From the NCBI RefSeq assembly GCF_001194135.2, contig NC_068984.1, positions 95,426,922 through 95,490,921 on the forward strand: DNA of 64,000 nt, given 5' to 3'. The first letter of the stretch is position 1, and every line of letters begins with the position of its first letter. The DNA is from Octopus bimaculoides. Lineage: Eukaryota. Under the pieces are notes generated by a model, which saw only the letters and a list, made by a program, of their open reading frames with translations, was not told the origin of the DNA and did not search any database. The position numbers were made by a program, and so were the translations under genes. Positions 50,891-64,000 of the stretch are shown here, one piece after another.

Positions 50891-51733
50891 CAGGGTGCGA
50901 TGGGCAAATTGTCACCATTTTATCTTTTTAATTTTGTGCATGTGCATTGTTTGTTTTTGATTTTGTTGACTACACAGTATAGTAGGGTCAGTTGGGTACT
51001 GTCTGTGAGAAAAACAGCAACATGAGGCAATTCACTCTGCTAGAAATTTGGAAACGACATGCTGTACTGCTTGGCATTCACACCAGAAGCTCCAATACGA
51101 ACATTTCAGAGTGTTTGGTGTCAATCTGAGGACATGTACCGAGAGTGATAAAAGTCAAACATCTAGTCAATATCATGATGTTTAGAGTGATCACTAGTGA
51201 GGATGACATTATGCCTCCATTCAGCTTCCTACACGGCCTCAAACTCAACAAAGTGGCCTACATTAAGTGCCTGGAGGAGGTAGTATTGCTCTGGGTCAAG
51301 AGGGTGACTGCTGGAAGATCCTATGTCTGGCAATAGGACTCTGCACCATGCCACACAAGCAGGAAAACTCAATCACGGCTGTCAGACCACATCACCCCTA
51401 ACATCTGGTCACCTAACTCACCAGACTGCAACCCCCTTGATTATTATGTGTGGGGTGCAGTTGGTACTCCTTGTAACACAAAAGATGAACTGAAGGCAAG
51501 GTTTATGGCAGCATTCACCAACGTAAACAAAGAGACCATCCAGAAGAGTTGTAGGAGATTATGAAATCATCTGGAAGCCATGGTTGAAGCCAATGGTAAT
51601 TTTATTGAATAAATTTACTCTTTAGTATTTCAAGATATTTTAATGTAATTTTTGTAAATATATGTTAAAATGAGATGTCAGTGTTATTTTCATTTTCATG
51701 TAATTTAGATGACAATTTATTCACTGCACCCTG
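50891..51733 (+). mobile_element. maT / DD37D deletion derivative, second copy
   Basis: TA|cagggtgcgatgggcaaattgtc ... gacaatttattcactgcaccctg|TA; colinear with 31738-32934 minus the foldback insert. Confidence 0.9.
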
Positions 51734-52699
51734 TATATGTGTGTGTGTGTGTGTGTGTATAGGGTTTGAACAGAATAATAGAAACACCACTTTTCATTTA
51801 TCTATTTTTTCTATTGGTAATATGAGAAATTCAAAATTATTCTAGCCTGTATTTGCATTCATATGCATTGGTTCCTAAACATAAAGTATGGAGGTGGCTC
51901 TGTGAGGATTGGCATATCATGGAATTCTCTTGGTTGCTTGGTTGTTGCCAGAGTTAACACTGATGTTCAGCCTAGAGTAAAAAATATTGTTCCCTAATGG
52001 TAGCACAATCTTTCAGAAAGATTATTCACCAATGCACATGGCTAATGTTATTCAGAATTGAGAGTACTTGGATTAAATCTCCAGATATCAATATAATACA
52101 TTTATAGTGGGCCCTGGAGCAACAAATAAGTAATTTCCCTTTACCATCGTTGCTGAAAGTGTTGCAGTAGATTTTATATGAATAATGGTTGAAAATTCTC
52201 TTTACAACTATTCAGAACAAAATGAATCCTGAAGAGAGTGACTCCTTAACTAAAGGACTAAACACTATTTTGAAATCACAGAATAAAAGGTTCTAACTAA
52301 AAAACAAGATACTGGAGAGGACTTAAGATAACTTAAAATATCAGACTCTCCTCCAGGGACCGCCATTATTATTACATGCACCCAAGATAAATTTACAATT
52401 TAACATGAAATATTAAGGTTGTACCACACATAAAATGCAAAATCTTCATAATTCTAGTTTCAAAACAAAACAAATCCTCATATTAAGTATAATTAATCCA
52501 GACCCAACATTTTTATATCAACAATAATTAACAAAACTACTTCTAGACCTTCTAATTTGTTCATTATTCAGAAGTAAACTATCAACAACAACACTGCTGC
52601 AGCAGAGAACCAGGATCTTGTTTTGTTTATAATAAATTTTTTATGGCTCAGTCTGGAAGTCAGGGCAGTTTCCATGTCTTCTTTGAATCAGTTGTGAGT

Positions 52700-54700
52700 A
52701 TTTCTTTACTTTGTAATTAAATTTATCTTGAGCCAACAGCTGAATGAAAAAATCTTATTCAACCTAGAAGCCAACTTTTGTCGAACAGCATACCAACTCA
52801 AATGGCTATCGGTAATAAAGAAGAACAACAACATACCCTCCAAATTTCCTACGTATCAATTAGACCACCCACTCCACTCACCCCCAACCAACCAAGAGCT
52901 CAACCACAAACTATCCAAATTGAAACAGTCTATCTCCAACATCTAAAGGAAGGAATCGAAAATAACCCCAAACTTAACCAAGGCGCAACATAAAACACTG
53001 ACTAAACTAAAAAACAAAAACCTTGTATACTTACCATCAGATAAAGGAAAAGAAATCTGCGTGATTTCTTGTGAAATATATGATAGACTGGCACAAGAAC
53101 ATTTAAGCAATGACAGACTATATTCTGAAGTGAAAGATATAACTGCGACCAGGATTGAGGACTGAATTAACACCGCATGGACGGACATCTGTAGACGGAG
53201 ACAAATACATAATAAATTCAAGAACAACTTCATCACAAAGAACAGTAGATTACCCAGATTTTATCATCTCATTAAAACACACAAGAATAGCAACATGATC
53301 CAGATTAGACCCAGCATCTCCAGCATGGAAGGACCTCCATACAAAATATCCTGGTTACTTTTTCACATCCTGAAACCCATACTCTCCACCTTTCCGGGAC
53401 ACGTCAAGAACTCCGATGAAGTCATCAAAAGACTGCACCAATTGTCCCTAGACCAACTCAGGCAAAACAGATGCACAACGGTGCCAGCACACTCAGCGAT
53501 CAACCTATTGACTGACTGCATAATAACGTCCAACATACAATGCTTCGGACTTACCGCAGCTGATATACATCAACTTTTGTCCATCATCGTGGACAACACC
53601 TACTTCGCTTTCCAAGACCATATATACAAACAGACAACAGGTCTCCCCATGGGATCCAGTCTCTTGGGCCTACTAGTCATCACTTATATGAACCATCTGG
53701 AATGTCGAGTACTCAACATCTGCTGCTCATGCGCCTTCTTCACCAGGTACGTAGATGACATCCTCATACTCACAACCTCCCGTGAAGAGGCTGAGAGAAT
53801 ATTCACGACGTTCAATAACATGGACATGAACATAAAGTTCACTATAGAACATCCCAACATCACTGGATCACTATCATTACTTGACTTCAAACTGAATATA
53901 ACGGAAGAAGGGGAGATCCACACCGAGTTCTACAGGAAAGCAGTCAGTAGAGATATGTTTGTCCAATACAATTCAGCACTTCCACTCGGTGCCAATATAG
54001 GATATGCTAGAAATGAACCTGCATGCATCCAAGGCAAGTGCAGCAGAACGGAGGACAAGGTGACCCACACTAAACGCTTCCTAGATATATTGAAAACCTA
54101 CGGGTATCCTAGATCCATTGTAAATTGGGTTAAGTACCCAAGATGACCAACACGCTGAACACATAGAAAACCCAGCAACACATGCTTCCTTAAAATACCC
54201 CATTTTAGCGAGAGGATAACTACAGCCATCCGAAGACCCATAAGAAGAGAAGGGCTAGACATACAACTAGCCCACTCCGACCCCTCTTTGAGAAGACACC
54301 TTGCAAAGAAATGAACAAGGGACAGCAATCAATGCACTCTAACAAACTGTCCCATCCGTGACACAGATTTATGCCAATGGATAAATGTTGTGAATAGAAT
54401 ACAATGTAACAAATGCAATAAGTTCTATGTGGGTAGCACAAGACCGTTACTCATCCACATCAAAGAACATCTGAACACGAGAGCCTCCTCCTTCAGAAAA
54501 CATCTAGACATATGCCAGAACACCAACAAAAGCATAACAGTCACAATTGAGGCCAATGAAAGAAATTTGGGTAATTTAAGAATTAAGGAAGCTATACTCA
54601 TACACAGACTAGGGTCCCAAATTAACAACAGGCTGGAGGTTGGTAATCAATATATTATTTAGCTACATCTGGATGCGTGTAGGTTCTTTCTTAATAACAT
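52700..54700 (+). mobile_element. Penelope-like retroelement (RT plus GIY-YIG endonuclease), decayed
   Basis: ORF 53295-54146: IRPSISS..PPYKIS, YKQTTGLPMGS, RYVDDI, IKFTIEH, LSLLDFKL, FYRK. ORF 54390-54662: IQCNKCNKFYVGSTRPLLIHIKEH...KEAILI. Confidence 0.92.
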
Positions 54701-56400
54701 GCTCATGTATTGTTTATAACAAAAAAAAAAAATGAGGAAAAAAGAAGGAAAAAAAAGGGAAGCTGCATGTATAACACATAACTTAGAAGCAGCGCTACAG
54801 ATATACCAACACACATGAGATTGAAACATAGCCGACCTCACACACTTCTCATAAGGAATTCTAGAAGGGGCTTCGTGAGACCACTACTGAGACGCTTCCA
54901 AAAAAAAAAAATGAAAAGCTGTTGGAAAACATATTATAGCAGCGACTCCATCTAAGAATATCTGAAGAAGGAATTGTATTCCAAAATATCATCGGACTAT
55001 AGATAACTAAATTACAACAGGTGTATAGTCCATTTTTTGTATTATAGTGCATTGTTGTACCATACAAAACTTTTTATTCTTTATGAGTAATAAAATCAAC
55101 AATGATAGTGTCACCACTCAGATGGCAGAGCTACTGAATCAGCTCTTAAATGGTTCAATTTACTTATCCATTAACAATTGATTAGAATTTAACTAAAATT
55201 CTGAGCAAAAGTTAAAATACTGGATCTGTCAATCCGAAAATTCCAACTAAAGTTAAAAAAGCTATTTTGGTGTATTTTATAATTAGACTATTGCTTGATT
55301 AAAAAGAAAAAAAAGGCTGCATGAATCTAGCCATGTGCCATAGATGTGAAAATGGCAGATTAAAGATAGTCAGTGAAGTTTCGTTTAAATTTGGTTACAT
55401 ACAAAAAAACATTGATAGACAACATCAGCTGTGACTAGAATCGTATCAGCATCAATACTGCACAAGAAGATATGGTCTATCATCTTGATCTTCATGGTTT
55501 CTTACACTTGATGGTGATGGTTGTCGTAGTAATACTTTATGAATAGCAACCAGCCTAGGTATTAGTTACTATCAATATCATGTTGACCCTGCCTCAGTAT
55601 AACAGCTCACACAATATCATCATCTCGGTACTAAAACTGTATTCCAAAGAATAGAGTTTCTTTCTTAAGTCAGAAAATTTTTCAGTTCTGATGATTCGTT
55701 ATTGATCTTCTACAATGTTTATGTGAGACTCTCATTGAAGTATTGCTCATATACCTAGGACACTGTTACTGCCATTCTCTCTCTCTCACACACACATGCA
55801 CACAGACTAACACATTTATGCACACATACTAACATATTCACACACAAACACATGCACATATATACAGATACATCCATGTAGCCATTGCTACATGCACAGA
55901 CATCCTAGGTCCACATTGCAGAACTGCTTACACATATTATATAATCTAAACCCATATTGACAAACTACTCCCATATCTGAGACTGGTGTTGCTACACACA
56001 TACACAGACATCGTAGACAACCTCTAATAGAAGGTAATTTGACAAAGATTTTTTCATAGACATATTACAACAAATGGCTCACAGACCAGCCATTTATTTG
56101 CACTTTCTGTCTTATCTTCCAAAACTATAATGGCTTCTGCTCTTCCGACTTAGCTAATTGCCCAAACTCTATATGCAGGGGTTATACAGTAAGCATAACT
56201 TGTCTACTATATCACACCAAGAAGATTCAGTATTTTTTCCTCTCCCAAACAGTAGCCTTCTGAAACCTCTTATATTCCCAAATTAGTTTTTTTCTTTTAC
56301 CAACAAAAATTGATTTAATGGGGCTCAAACTGAATATCAACTGCAATGTCATTAAATGGGGAAGGAATTGGTTGTGACATTGTGTGTGTCTCCTCTTGCA

Positions 56401-56452
<52 letters not shown>
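56401..56452. repeat. (TAG)n microsatellite
   Basis: Direct observation. Confidence 0.95.
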
Positions 56453-56454
<2 letters not shown>

Positions 56455-56650
56455 CAGCAGCAGCACACCAGACAAAATGCTTAGCAGCATTGTGTCCATC
56501 TTTATGTTCTAAATTCAAATTTTGCCAAGGTTGACTTTGCCTTTCATCCTTTTGTGGTTGATAAAATAAGTACCAGTTGAGCACTGGGGTTGATGTAATC
56601 GACTTACTCCCTTCTATGAAATTGCTCAGCATTATGTCATTATTCAAAAC
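56455..56650 (+). mobile_element. tRNA-derived SINE, 5'-degenerate
   Basis: aaatgcttagcagc...ccaaggttgactttgcctttcatcctttt...ataaataagtaccagttgagcactgggg. Confidence 0.75.
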
Positions 56651-56739
56651 TGGGATGTGTAGTGGCAAAGAGGTGAGAGACATTTAATACTTAGTTAATA
56701 TAGTTCTGAGGTTGATGAAGACAATTATCTTTTATCTTT

Positions 56740-57090
56740 TATCTTTACTTGTTTCAGTCATTTAAAGCCTGATACTTATTCTATCAGTCACTTTTGCTGA
56801 GCCACTAAGTTACAGAGACATAAACACTCTAACACCAGTTAAGTGGTGGTGGGGGACAAATGCCCCCTGCTCCCCACAGACACACACGCATACAATCACA
56901 CATGCGTGCACACACACACACACACAGATATGATGAGTTTCTTTCAGTTTCTTTCTACCAAAATTCACCCACAAAGTTTCAGTCTGCTTGAAGCTATAGT
57001 AGAAGACACTTGTCCAAGGTACTACACAGTGGAATTCAACCTAGAACCATGTAGTTTGGAAGCAAATAACTTACCACACAGTCATGCCTG
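56740..57090 (-). mobile_element. CORE-like SINE with companion tail
   Basis: Reverse copy of 12271-12704. Confidence 0.75.
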
Positions 57091-57187
57091 TATCTATCAG
57101 TATTATGTCTGTATATATTGGTTAATGTAGTAGTGTAGTGGATTTTTTTGTTTATTTTCCTTTGTGAAGAGCTACGTCAATCTTCAT

Positions 57188-57188
57188 A

Positions 57189-57253
<65 letters not shown>
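57188..57253. repeat. (TAA)n microsatellite
   Basis: Direct observation. Confidence 0.95.
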
Positions 57254-57254
<1 letters not shown>

Positions 57255-57255
57255 C

Positions 57256-57408
57256 AGTGCAGGAGTGGCTATGTGGTAAGAAGCTTGCTTCCCAACAACA
57301 TGGTTCTGGGTTCAGTCCCACTGCATGGCACCTTGGGCAAGTGTCTTCTACTATAGCCTACCAAAGCCCTGTGAATAGGTTTGGCAGATAGAAACTGAAA
57401 GCCCACCA
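57256..57408 (+). mobile_element. CORE-like SINE head running into a gap
   Basis: ggagtggctatgtggtaag...gggttcagtcccactgcatggcaccttgggcaagtgtcttc. Confidence 0.85.
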
Positions 57409-58324
57409 NNNNNNNNNNNNNNNNNNNNNNNNNNNNNNNNNNNNNNNNNNNNNNNNNNNNNNNNNNNNNNNNNNNNNNNNNNNNNNNNNNNNNNNNNNNN
57501 NNNNNNNNNNNNNNNNNNNNNNNNNNNNNNNNNNNNNNNNNNNNNNNNNNNNNNNNNNNNNNNNNNNNNNNNNNNNNNNNNNNNNNNNNNNNNNNNNNNN
57601 NNNNNNNNNNNNNNNNNNNNNNNNNNNNNNNNNNNNNNNNNNNNNNNNNNNNNNNNNNNNNNNNNNNNNNNNNNNNNNNNNNNNNNNNNNNNNNNNNNNN
57701 NNNNNNNNNNNNNNNNNNNNNNNNNNNNNNNNNNNNNNNNNNNNNNNNNNNNNNNNNNNNNNNNNNNNNNNNNNNNNNNNNNNNNNNNNNNNNNNNNNNN
57801 NNNNNNNNNNNNNNNNNNNNNNNNNNNNNNNNNNNNNNNNNNNNNNNNNNNNNNNNNNNNNNNNNNNNNNNNNNNNNNNNNNNNNNNNNNNNNNNNNNNN
57901 NNNNNNNNNNNNNNNNNNNNNNNNNNNNNNNNNNNNNNNNNNNNNNNNNNNNNNNNNNNNNNNNNNNNNNNNNNNNNNNNNNNNNNNNNNNNNNNNNNNN
58001 NNNNNNNNNNNNNNNNNNNNNNNNNNNNNNNNNNNNNNNNNNNNNNNNNNNNNNNNNNNNNNNNNNNNNNNNNNNNNNNNNNNNNNNNNNNNNNNNNNNN
58101 NNNNNNNNNNNTATATATGTATGTATGTATGTATATATGTATATATATACTGTCTAAGATCCATCAGTCAGGAAAAAATGCACTTGTATATTTCTCAGTA
58201 GAGTGGATATATTAATCGAAGTGTACAGTATATAACACTGTACACTTTCATTGATTAACGTGTGTGTGTGTGCGTGTGTGGTGTGTGTTGTGTGTGTGTG
58301 TGAGTGTGTGTGTGTGTCTATCCT

Positions 58325-59815
58325 CCAGTACCACTTAACTAAAACTAGAACAGCAATGGACCATGATAAAATGACAGCAAGAAAAGCCTCTACATGGTAA
58401 ATACTGGGCTAAACTAAATGCAAAAGAAATAGACAGAGAAAAATCCCAGCGATGGTTGAGAAGCTCAGGACTCAAAGCAGAGACTGAAGGATTTTTAATT
58501 GCTGCACAAGACGAAAGCCTCCCCACCAGAAATTACCAAAAACATATAATGAAAAGAAACATAACAAGTAACTGTAGAATATGTGGCGATGGACAAGAAA
58601 CAATAAATCATATTATCTCTGGCTGCTCAGTCCTGGCTAAGAAGGAATATATTCACAGACACGACAGAGCTGGGACCTATATACACTGGAAGCTATGCCA
58701 ACACTATGGAATAACAACAGNNNNNNNNNNNNNNNNNNNNNNNNNNNNNNNNNNNNNNNNNNNNNNNNNNNNNNNNNNNNNNNNNNNNNNNNNNNNNNNN
58801 NNNNNNNNNNNNNNNNNNNNNNNNNNNNNNNNNNNNNNNNNNNNNNNNNNNNNNNNNNNNNNNNNNNNNNNNNNNNNNNNNNNNNNNNNNNNNNNNNNNN
58901 NNNNNNNNNNNNNNNNNNNNNNNNNNNNNNNNNNNNNNNNNNNNNNNNNNNNNNNNNNNNNNNNNNNNNNNNNNNNNNNNNNNNNNNNNNNNNNNNNNNN
59001 NNNNNNNNNNNNNNNNNNNNNNNNNNNNNNNNNNNNNNNNNNNNNNNNNNNNNNNNNNNNNNNNNNNNNNNNNNNNNNNNNNNNNNNNNNNNNNNNNNNN
59101 NNNNNNNNNNNNNNNNNNNNNNNNNNNNNNNNNNNNNNNNNNNNNNNNNNNNNNNNNNNNNNNNNNNNNNNNNNNNNNNNNNNNNNNNNNNNNNNNNNNN
59201 NNNNNNNNNNNNNNNNNNNNNNNNNNNNNNNNNNNNNNNNNNNNNNNNNNNNNNNNNNNNNNNNNNNNNNNNNNNNNNNNNNNNNNNNNNNNNNNNNNNN
59301 NNNNNNNNNNNNNNNNNNNNNNNNNNNNNNNNNNNNNNNNNNNNNNNNNNNNNNNNNNNNNNNNNNNNNNNNNNNNNNNNNNNNNNNNNNNNNNNNNNNN
59401 NNNNNNNNNNNNNNNNNNNNNNNNNNNNNNNNNNNNNNNNNNNNNNNNNNNNNNNNNNNNNNNNNNNNNNNNNNNNNNNNNNNNNNNNNNNNNNNNNNNN
59501 NNNNNNNNNNNNNNNNNNNNNNNNNNNNNNNNNNNNNNNNNNNNNNNNNNNNNNNNNNNNNNNNNNNNNNNNNNNNNNNNNNNNNNNNNNNNNNNNNNNN
59601 NNNNNNNNNNNNNNNNNNNNNNNNNNNNNNNNNNNNNNNNNNNNNNNNNNNNNNNNNNNNNNNNNNNNNNNNNNNNNNNNNNNNNNNNNNNNNNNNNNNN
59701 NNNNTGATGCATGTGCCTGGTGTACCCTTCTGAGACGAGTAGTCATGATGGGTATACCGGGTTTCGTATATTTTACCCTTTTGTCACTTTGATGGCATGC
59801 ATTGCTCTCTCACTC
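58325..59815 (+). mobile_element. R4/Dong-like (RLE-clade) LINE, 5'-truncated, spanning a gap
   Basis: LHGKYW...KAETEGFLIAAQDESL.TRNYQ...CRICGDGQETINHIISGC (CX2CX8HX4C) and EYIHRHD. The post-gap sequence ends ctctcactc followed by (AAT)n; continuity across the gap is inferred. Confidence 0.8.
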
Positions 59816-59847
<32 letters not shown>

Positions 59848-59849
<2 letters not shown>

Positions 59850-60388
59850 GCCCTGCTGCAATACTAGGCACTGGCTGTCATGGATTCTGAGCTTAAATGA
59901 TTGGAAGTGTTATCATGTACATTGTTTTGTATAAAAGATGGTCCACAGCAAATATTCTGCTTAATACCACAGATTTACTTGTCAGTTGTTTGACTTTAAC
60001 CAGTTGAGCATATGCCTTGGTGGCTGACGATATGTGCATCTCTGATCATGAGCAGAAGTAGTTGGGGAGCATCATAGCCATGTGTTGACTGGAATTCTTT
60101 GGGGTTTGAATAATTCACCTTTGGAAACATGGGTGTTTTGCTCAACATCCTTAAACGAACCTTATTCAGGGACCTTTTGAGTGGAATGGGCTACTTGACC
60201 TGAAGAAAATTCTAATTGGGCCCCACCTGCAAGGTCATGTGCTGTTTATCTTGATATGAGCTCGTGCACATATGGTTGTGATGCGTATGCCTGGTGTACC
60301 CTTATCAGACATGTAGTCATGATGGGTATACTGGGCTTCGTATAATTTACCCCAGTGTCACTTTGATGGCATGCACTGCTCTCTCACT
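59848..60388 (+). mobile_element. Second copy of the same 3'-UTR repeat, abutting the (TAA)n tail
   Basis: Last ~110 bp align with 59705-59815; ends ctctcact-aaataatgatgat. Confidence 0.8.
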
Positions 60389-60580
60389 AAATAATGATGA
60401 TGATGATGATAATGACAAAGCAATTGTCACATGTGAAAACTCATGTTTAAATAAAAACTAGTTTATAACAGTTCGAAGAGTTACTTATCTATTGACCTCA
60501 AACAATGAAGGTCAGATATTGCTTTTATTTTGACTTGGAAATTACATCACATATACAATTCATTATCTACCTTCAGATAT

Positions 60581-60582
<2 letters not shown>

Positions 60583-60660
<78 letters not shown>
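60583..60660. repeat. (CTA)n microsatellite
   Basis: Direct observation. Confidence 0.95.
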
Positions 60661-61689
60661 ACAAAAACAGCAACCTCAACAACAATGATAATAACAATTC
60701 TTATTTGAATCTAGAGTGACAGTTGAGGGTGACAATACAAAGACAGACATAAAGTGATGGGATATACAAGGAATTGAATGATAAAAAATCATAAAATATA
60801 AACATGAATAGTATACAACATTAGAAAGAGGAAATTTTCTTGACACAAGAAGACCTCTATGGTAAATCAAGGAAACCCCTGCCCCACTATACTGTGTGAG
60901 ATTTCTTTGTATACTAATGGTAAGTGTTCTCTCTAGTTGTCCTTTTTCTTATGCTCAGAGAATTGTAACAACAGACTATGATGCCAATATTCAGAAAAGC
61001 CAACTTAATGATGTTGTTTTGTGGAGTGACTTCTTAATAGAATGTAATTAGATAAAAAAAAAAAAAAAGTAACACTGACGAAACAGTTTTGGAAATAAAA
61101 AAATTGTCAATGATGTTCATGCTAGAAGTTTTTAGTCAAGTAGAATGTAGGCTTCTTTTAGCAAGAGATATCTTAAAGATTTGGCAAAATTAAGCCTCAT
61201 ATTAGTTTCAAGATCCACATTTTCAGATTTACTATGTTTAAGCATTACTGGAAACAATTTTAGTATTGTTGAAGAACAGTACAGGAAAATCATTTTTATT
61301 TAATTAAAAACAAAAAGTCCCATTTAAGAAAGGAAGTGGAATTGCAGTTGCCATTGAAAAATTTTAGATTGGTGTTCTCCAACATGAAGCATTCAAAAAA
61401 CTTGCCATCTTTGTCCTTACATGTTTAATAACACTTGTCAGTAATGCTGAATATTTTCACTTGTATCTTCAGTAAAATCAAAGCTAGGAAATAGAATACA
61501 GCTTAAATTCCTTGATGCTTATAGTGAGAATTAGAGTAGAACAAGTGTTGTAACAACTTCATCTCAAAAATGTTGAAAGATTTCATCTCAAAAATGTTGA
61601 AAGATTTTGTAACTCATAAAGTCTATACAGTAGATTCTATTTGTTCCAATGAAGATGACACTCCTGAAGAGGATATGGAACTTTTTATA

Positions 61690-62670
61690 TGATGTAAATA
61701 TCAGAATCATATTTCAATATTCCATCGGGATAAAACTCAGTTGCTTTTGAGGAAAAGAAGTCATATAGGTAGGTTTTGATACCATCTAAATCATTAAATG
61801 ATTTTCCTTTTAGAGAGTCCTGCAGAGGCAAAAACAAATGATAGTCAGATGGTGCAATGTCAGGGGAGTATAGTGGATGGGGCAAGAGATCCACCCAAGC
61901 TCATGTGACTTTATATTGGTAGTCAAAAACACATGTAGTCAGGCATTGTGCTGGTGAAACACAACCTCTTTCCTTTTGGAAAGATTTGGTCCGAATTCCT
62001 TGACCTTTTAATTCAAATTAGCTAGGTGACAGCAGTACACATCAGAATTGGTGATCTGATTTTGTGAGAGTAGTTCATAGTAAATAATGCTTTTGAAGTC
62101 TCACCAGACACAAAGCATGAATTTTTTGAATTAATATTTTGCTTTGAAAGCTGGTTGGATGATCCTCACACATATTCTAGGATCTTTTTCTCCCTTTATT
62201 ATGATAAACAATCCTTTTTTCATCTCCAATTACCAGTTTTTTCAAGAAAGGCTTATTTTTATTGTGATTCAGAAGCATATCACAGATGCAACACTGGTCC
62301 ATGCAGTTTAGTTCTGACAATTTGTGAGGCACCCAAACATCATAGCGAGAAACAAAGCCATTTTTCACTGAGTGTTCGTGAACTGTGCTTTTGGAAACTT
62401 CCAATTTCTCTGCACGTTTTCTTATCATATTTGAGTTTTCTTCAATGGTTACCTTCAAAATATCATCATCTAAGGTTGAGGGTCTTCCACTGCAACTGTC
62501 GTCTTCCAAACTGAACTCACCATCTCTAGATTTTACAGACCATCTTCAAACAGTTGATTCACCTAAACTCTGCAAATGATTTTACCTGTTTCTTCAGCAT
62601 TTTTACTTTTTCTGAAAAAGAAAAGCATTACGTGGCAAATATGCAACTTTTAGTCATCCATTTCAAATGG
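61690..62670 (-). mobile_element. mariner transposon relic
   Basis: EDDSCSGRPS...WVPHKL...VIGDEKRIVY and LLPHPLYSPDIAPSDYHLF (WVPHxL and YSPDLAPxD motifs). Confidence 0.9.
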
Positions 62671-62846
62671 CAATTAGGGCTGAAAGGAGTAAAATATATG
62701 CTGATTTTTAATGTAGAACTTAGCTGATAGTCTTCAATGCTGCAAGCAATTCTGAAAGCAATTCTGAAATATGAGTCATATTAAGATTAGGATTGTTGCA
62801 TGAAGGGCTTAAAAATAGAAATCCTGAAATCACTCTGGACAACCTG

Positions 62847-62929
<83 letters not shown>

Positions 62930-63008
62930 CACACACACACACACATACATATTTTTATTTAGTTTTTAAAAACAATTCTATTCTATTTTATTTTATTTTT
63001 AATTTTAA

Positions 63009-63229
63009 CCCTTTAGTGTTCACATTATTCTGCCATAATTAATGCTTTTTTATCCACATTGTTTTGAACTAATCATGCATTAACTCGTAGCTATGAGATT
63101 TTGATAAGGTAGATGTTAATTTTTAAAACGATATTGTAGGGTTGGTGTGAGAGACCAGATCTGGCCTGTTTGAACATAGAATAGGCAGAATACTTTTGGC
63201 TGGATATGGCCGGTTTAAATGCTAAAGAG
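63009..63229. mobile_element. TTAA-flanked MITE (piggyBac-type)
   Basis: TTAA|ccctttagtgtt ... aatgctaaagag|TTAA. Confidence 0.8.
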
Positions 63230-63943
63230 TTAAACTCACCTTTCCCCCTTTATCTCTATTTACTATCCACTCTTTCCAAAGTTTTCTCTACCTTACCATC
63301 ATAATATAGTTACTTCTGATTTTTCATTCCATTTACCATTCATTTTTCCTAATACAATTCACTCCTAAGGTGAGATAATACAAATGACCCAATATCAAAG
63401 ATTAAAGCTGACCACCAGAGAAAGTGTCCTATATCAAATTTCAAAGTAATATCTGGATAGTATTTGACCTGAAAACAATGCAAACATTTTTGAGTGTGAT
63501 GACCCAATTACAAACACTAATGTTTTTATCACTGTCCCTTCTTTAACTTAGGCCATCTTCTGTCCCTTATTTTATCGAATGCCCTCTTTCCTTTCTTCTT
63601 TCTATTCCTTCTCCTCATCTTTTTTTTCTTCTTTTTCCATTAGACCTTCTTTTTCAACTCACCACTTCCCCTTTCCACTTCATCTCTCTTCTGCTTATCT
63701 TATACTTATTGCTACTCTTCACTCTTCTTCCCATGCCTGTATCATTCTTTCAGTGTTTTGTTTGCTAATAAACAGAAATGACTGAGGAAAATAACATTAA
63801 TTCTCTTGGTCATTCAATTTTTCTCAATCAATCAATGGGCCGTTTGAGTAAACTAATCAATAATGAACCTATAATGACTATTGAGAACAGCTGTAAGTCA
63901 AATTTCCTACAATAAAGAAATATGTAATGACCATTATTTTATG

Positions 63944-63944
<1 letters not shown>

Positions 63945-64000
<56 letters not shown>
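63945..64000. repeat. (CT)n microsatellite
   Basis: Direct observation; runs to the window end. Confidence 0.95.

Noticed and set aside
41200-64000. Searched for plus-strand exons of a divergent gene (donor-like sites near 56190, 60920 and 63370)
   Set aside because: No recognisable protein homology or consistent acceptor/donor pairs.

Overview
AT-rich, repeat-dense eukaryotic genomic DNA with eight N-gaps and abundant (TA)n/(TAA)n/(CAT)n/(GA)n microsatellites. The SINE/LINE repertoire resembles a cephalopod (Octopus-like) genome; this is inference. The only host coding sequence I can support is the first coding exon of a lipin (phosphatidate phosphatase, N-LIP domain) on the minus strand at 99-269, with the rest of the gene off the left edge. 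The remaining ~63.7 kb is upstream intron/intergenic DNA filled with decayed elements: RTE LINEs (one near full length), two Penelope relics, an R4/Dong-like RLE LINE, CR1/Jockey-like fragments, a Gypsy relic with nested insertions, a solo LTR, mariner and maT (DD37D) transposons, hAT and TTAA MITEs, and three SINE families. A CpG-retaining interval at ~36.3-41.2 kb probably marks a promoter region. The most unusual signals are several hammerhead-ribozyme-like motifs in small Penelope/retrozyme-like repeats; the best folds cleanly on the minus strand at 36294-36367. No CRISPR, rRNA or tRNA genes are seen. All folds and alignments were done by eye, so TE boundaries are approximate unless TSDs/TIRs are quoted.
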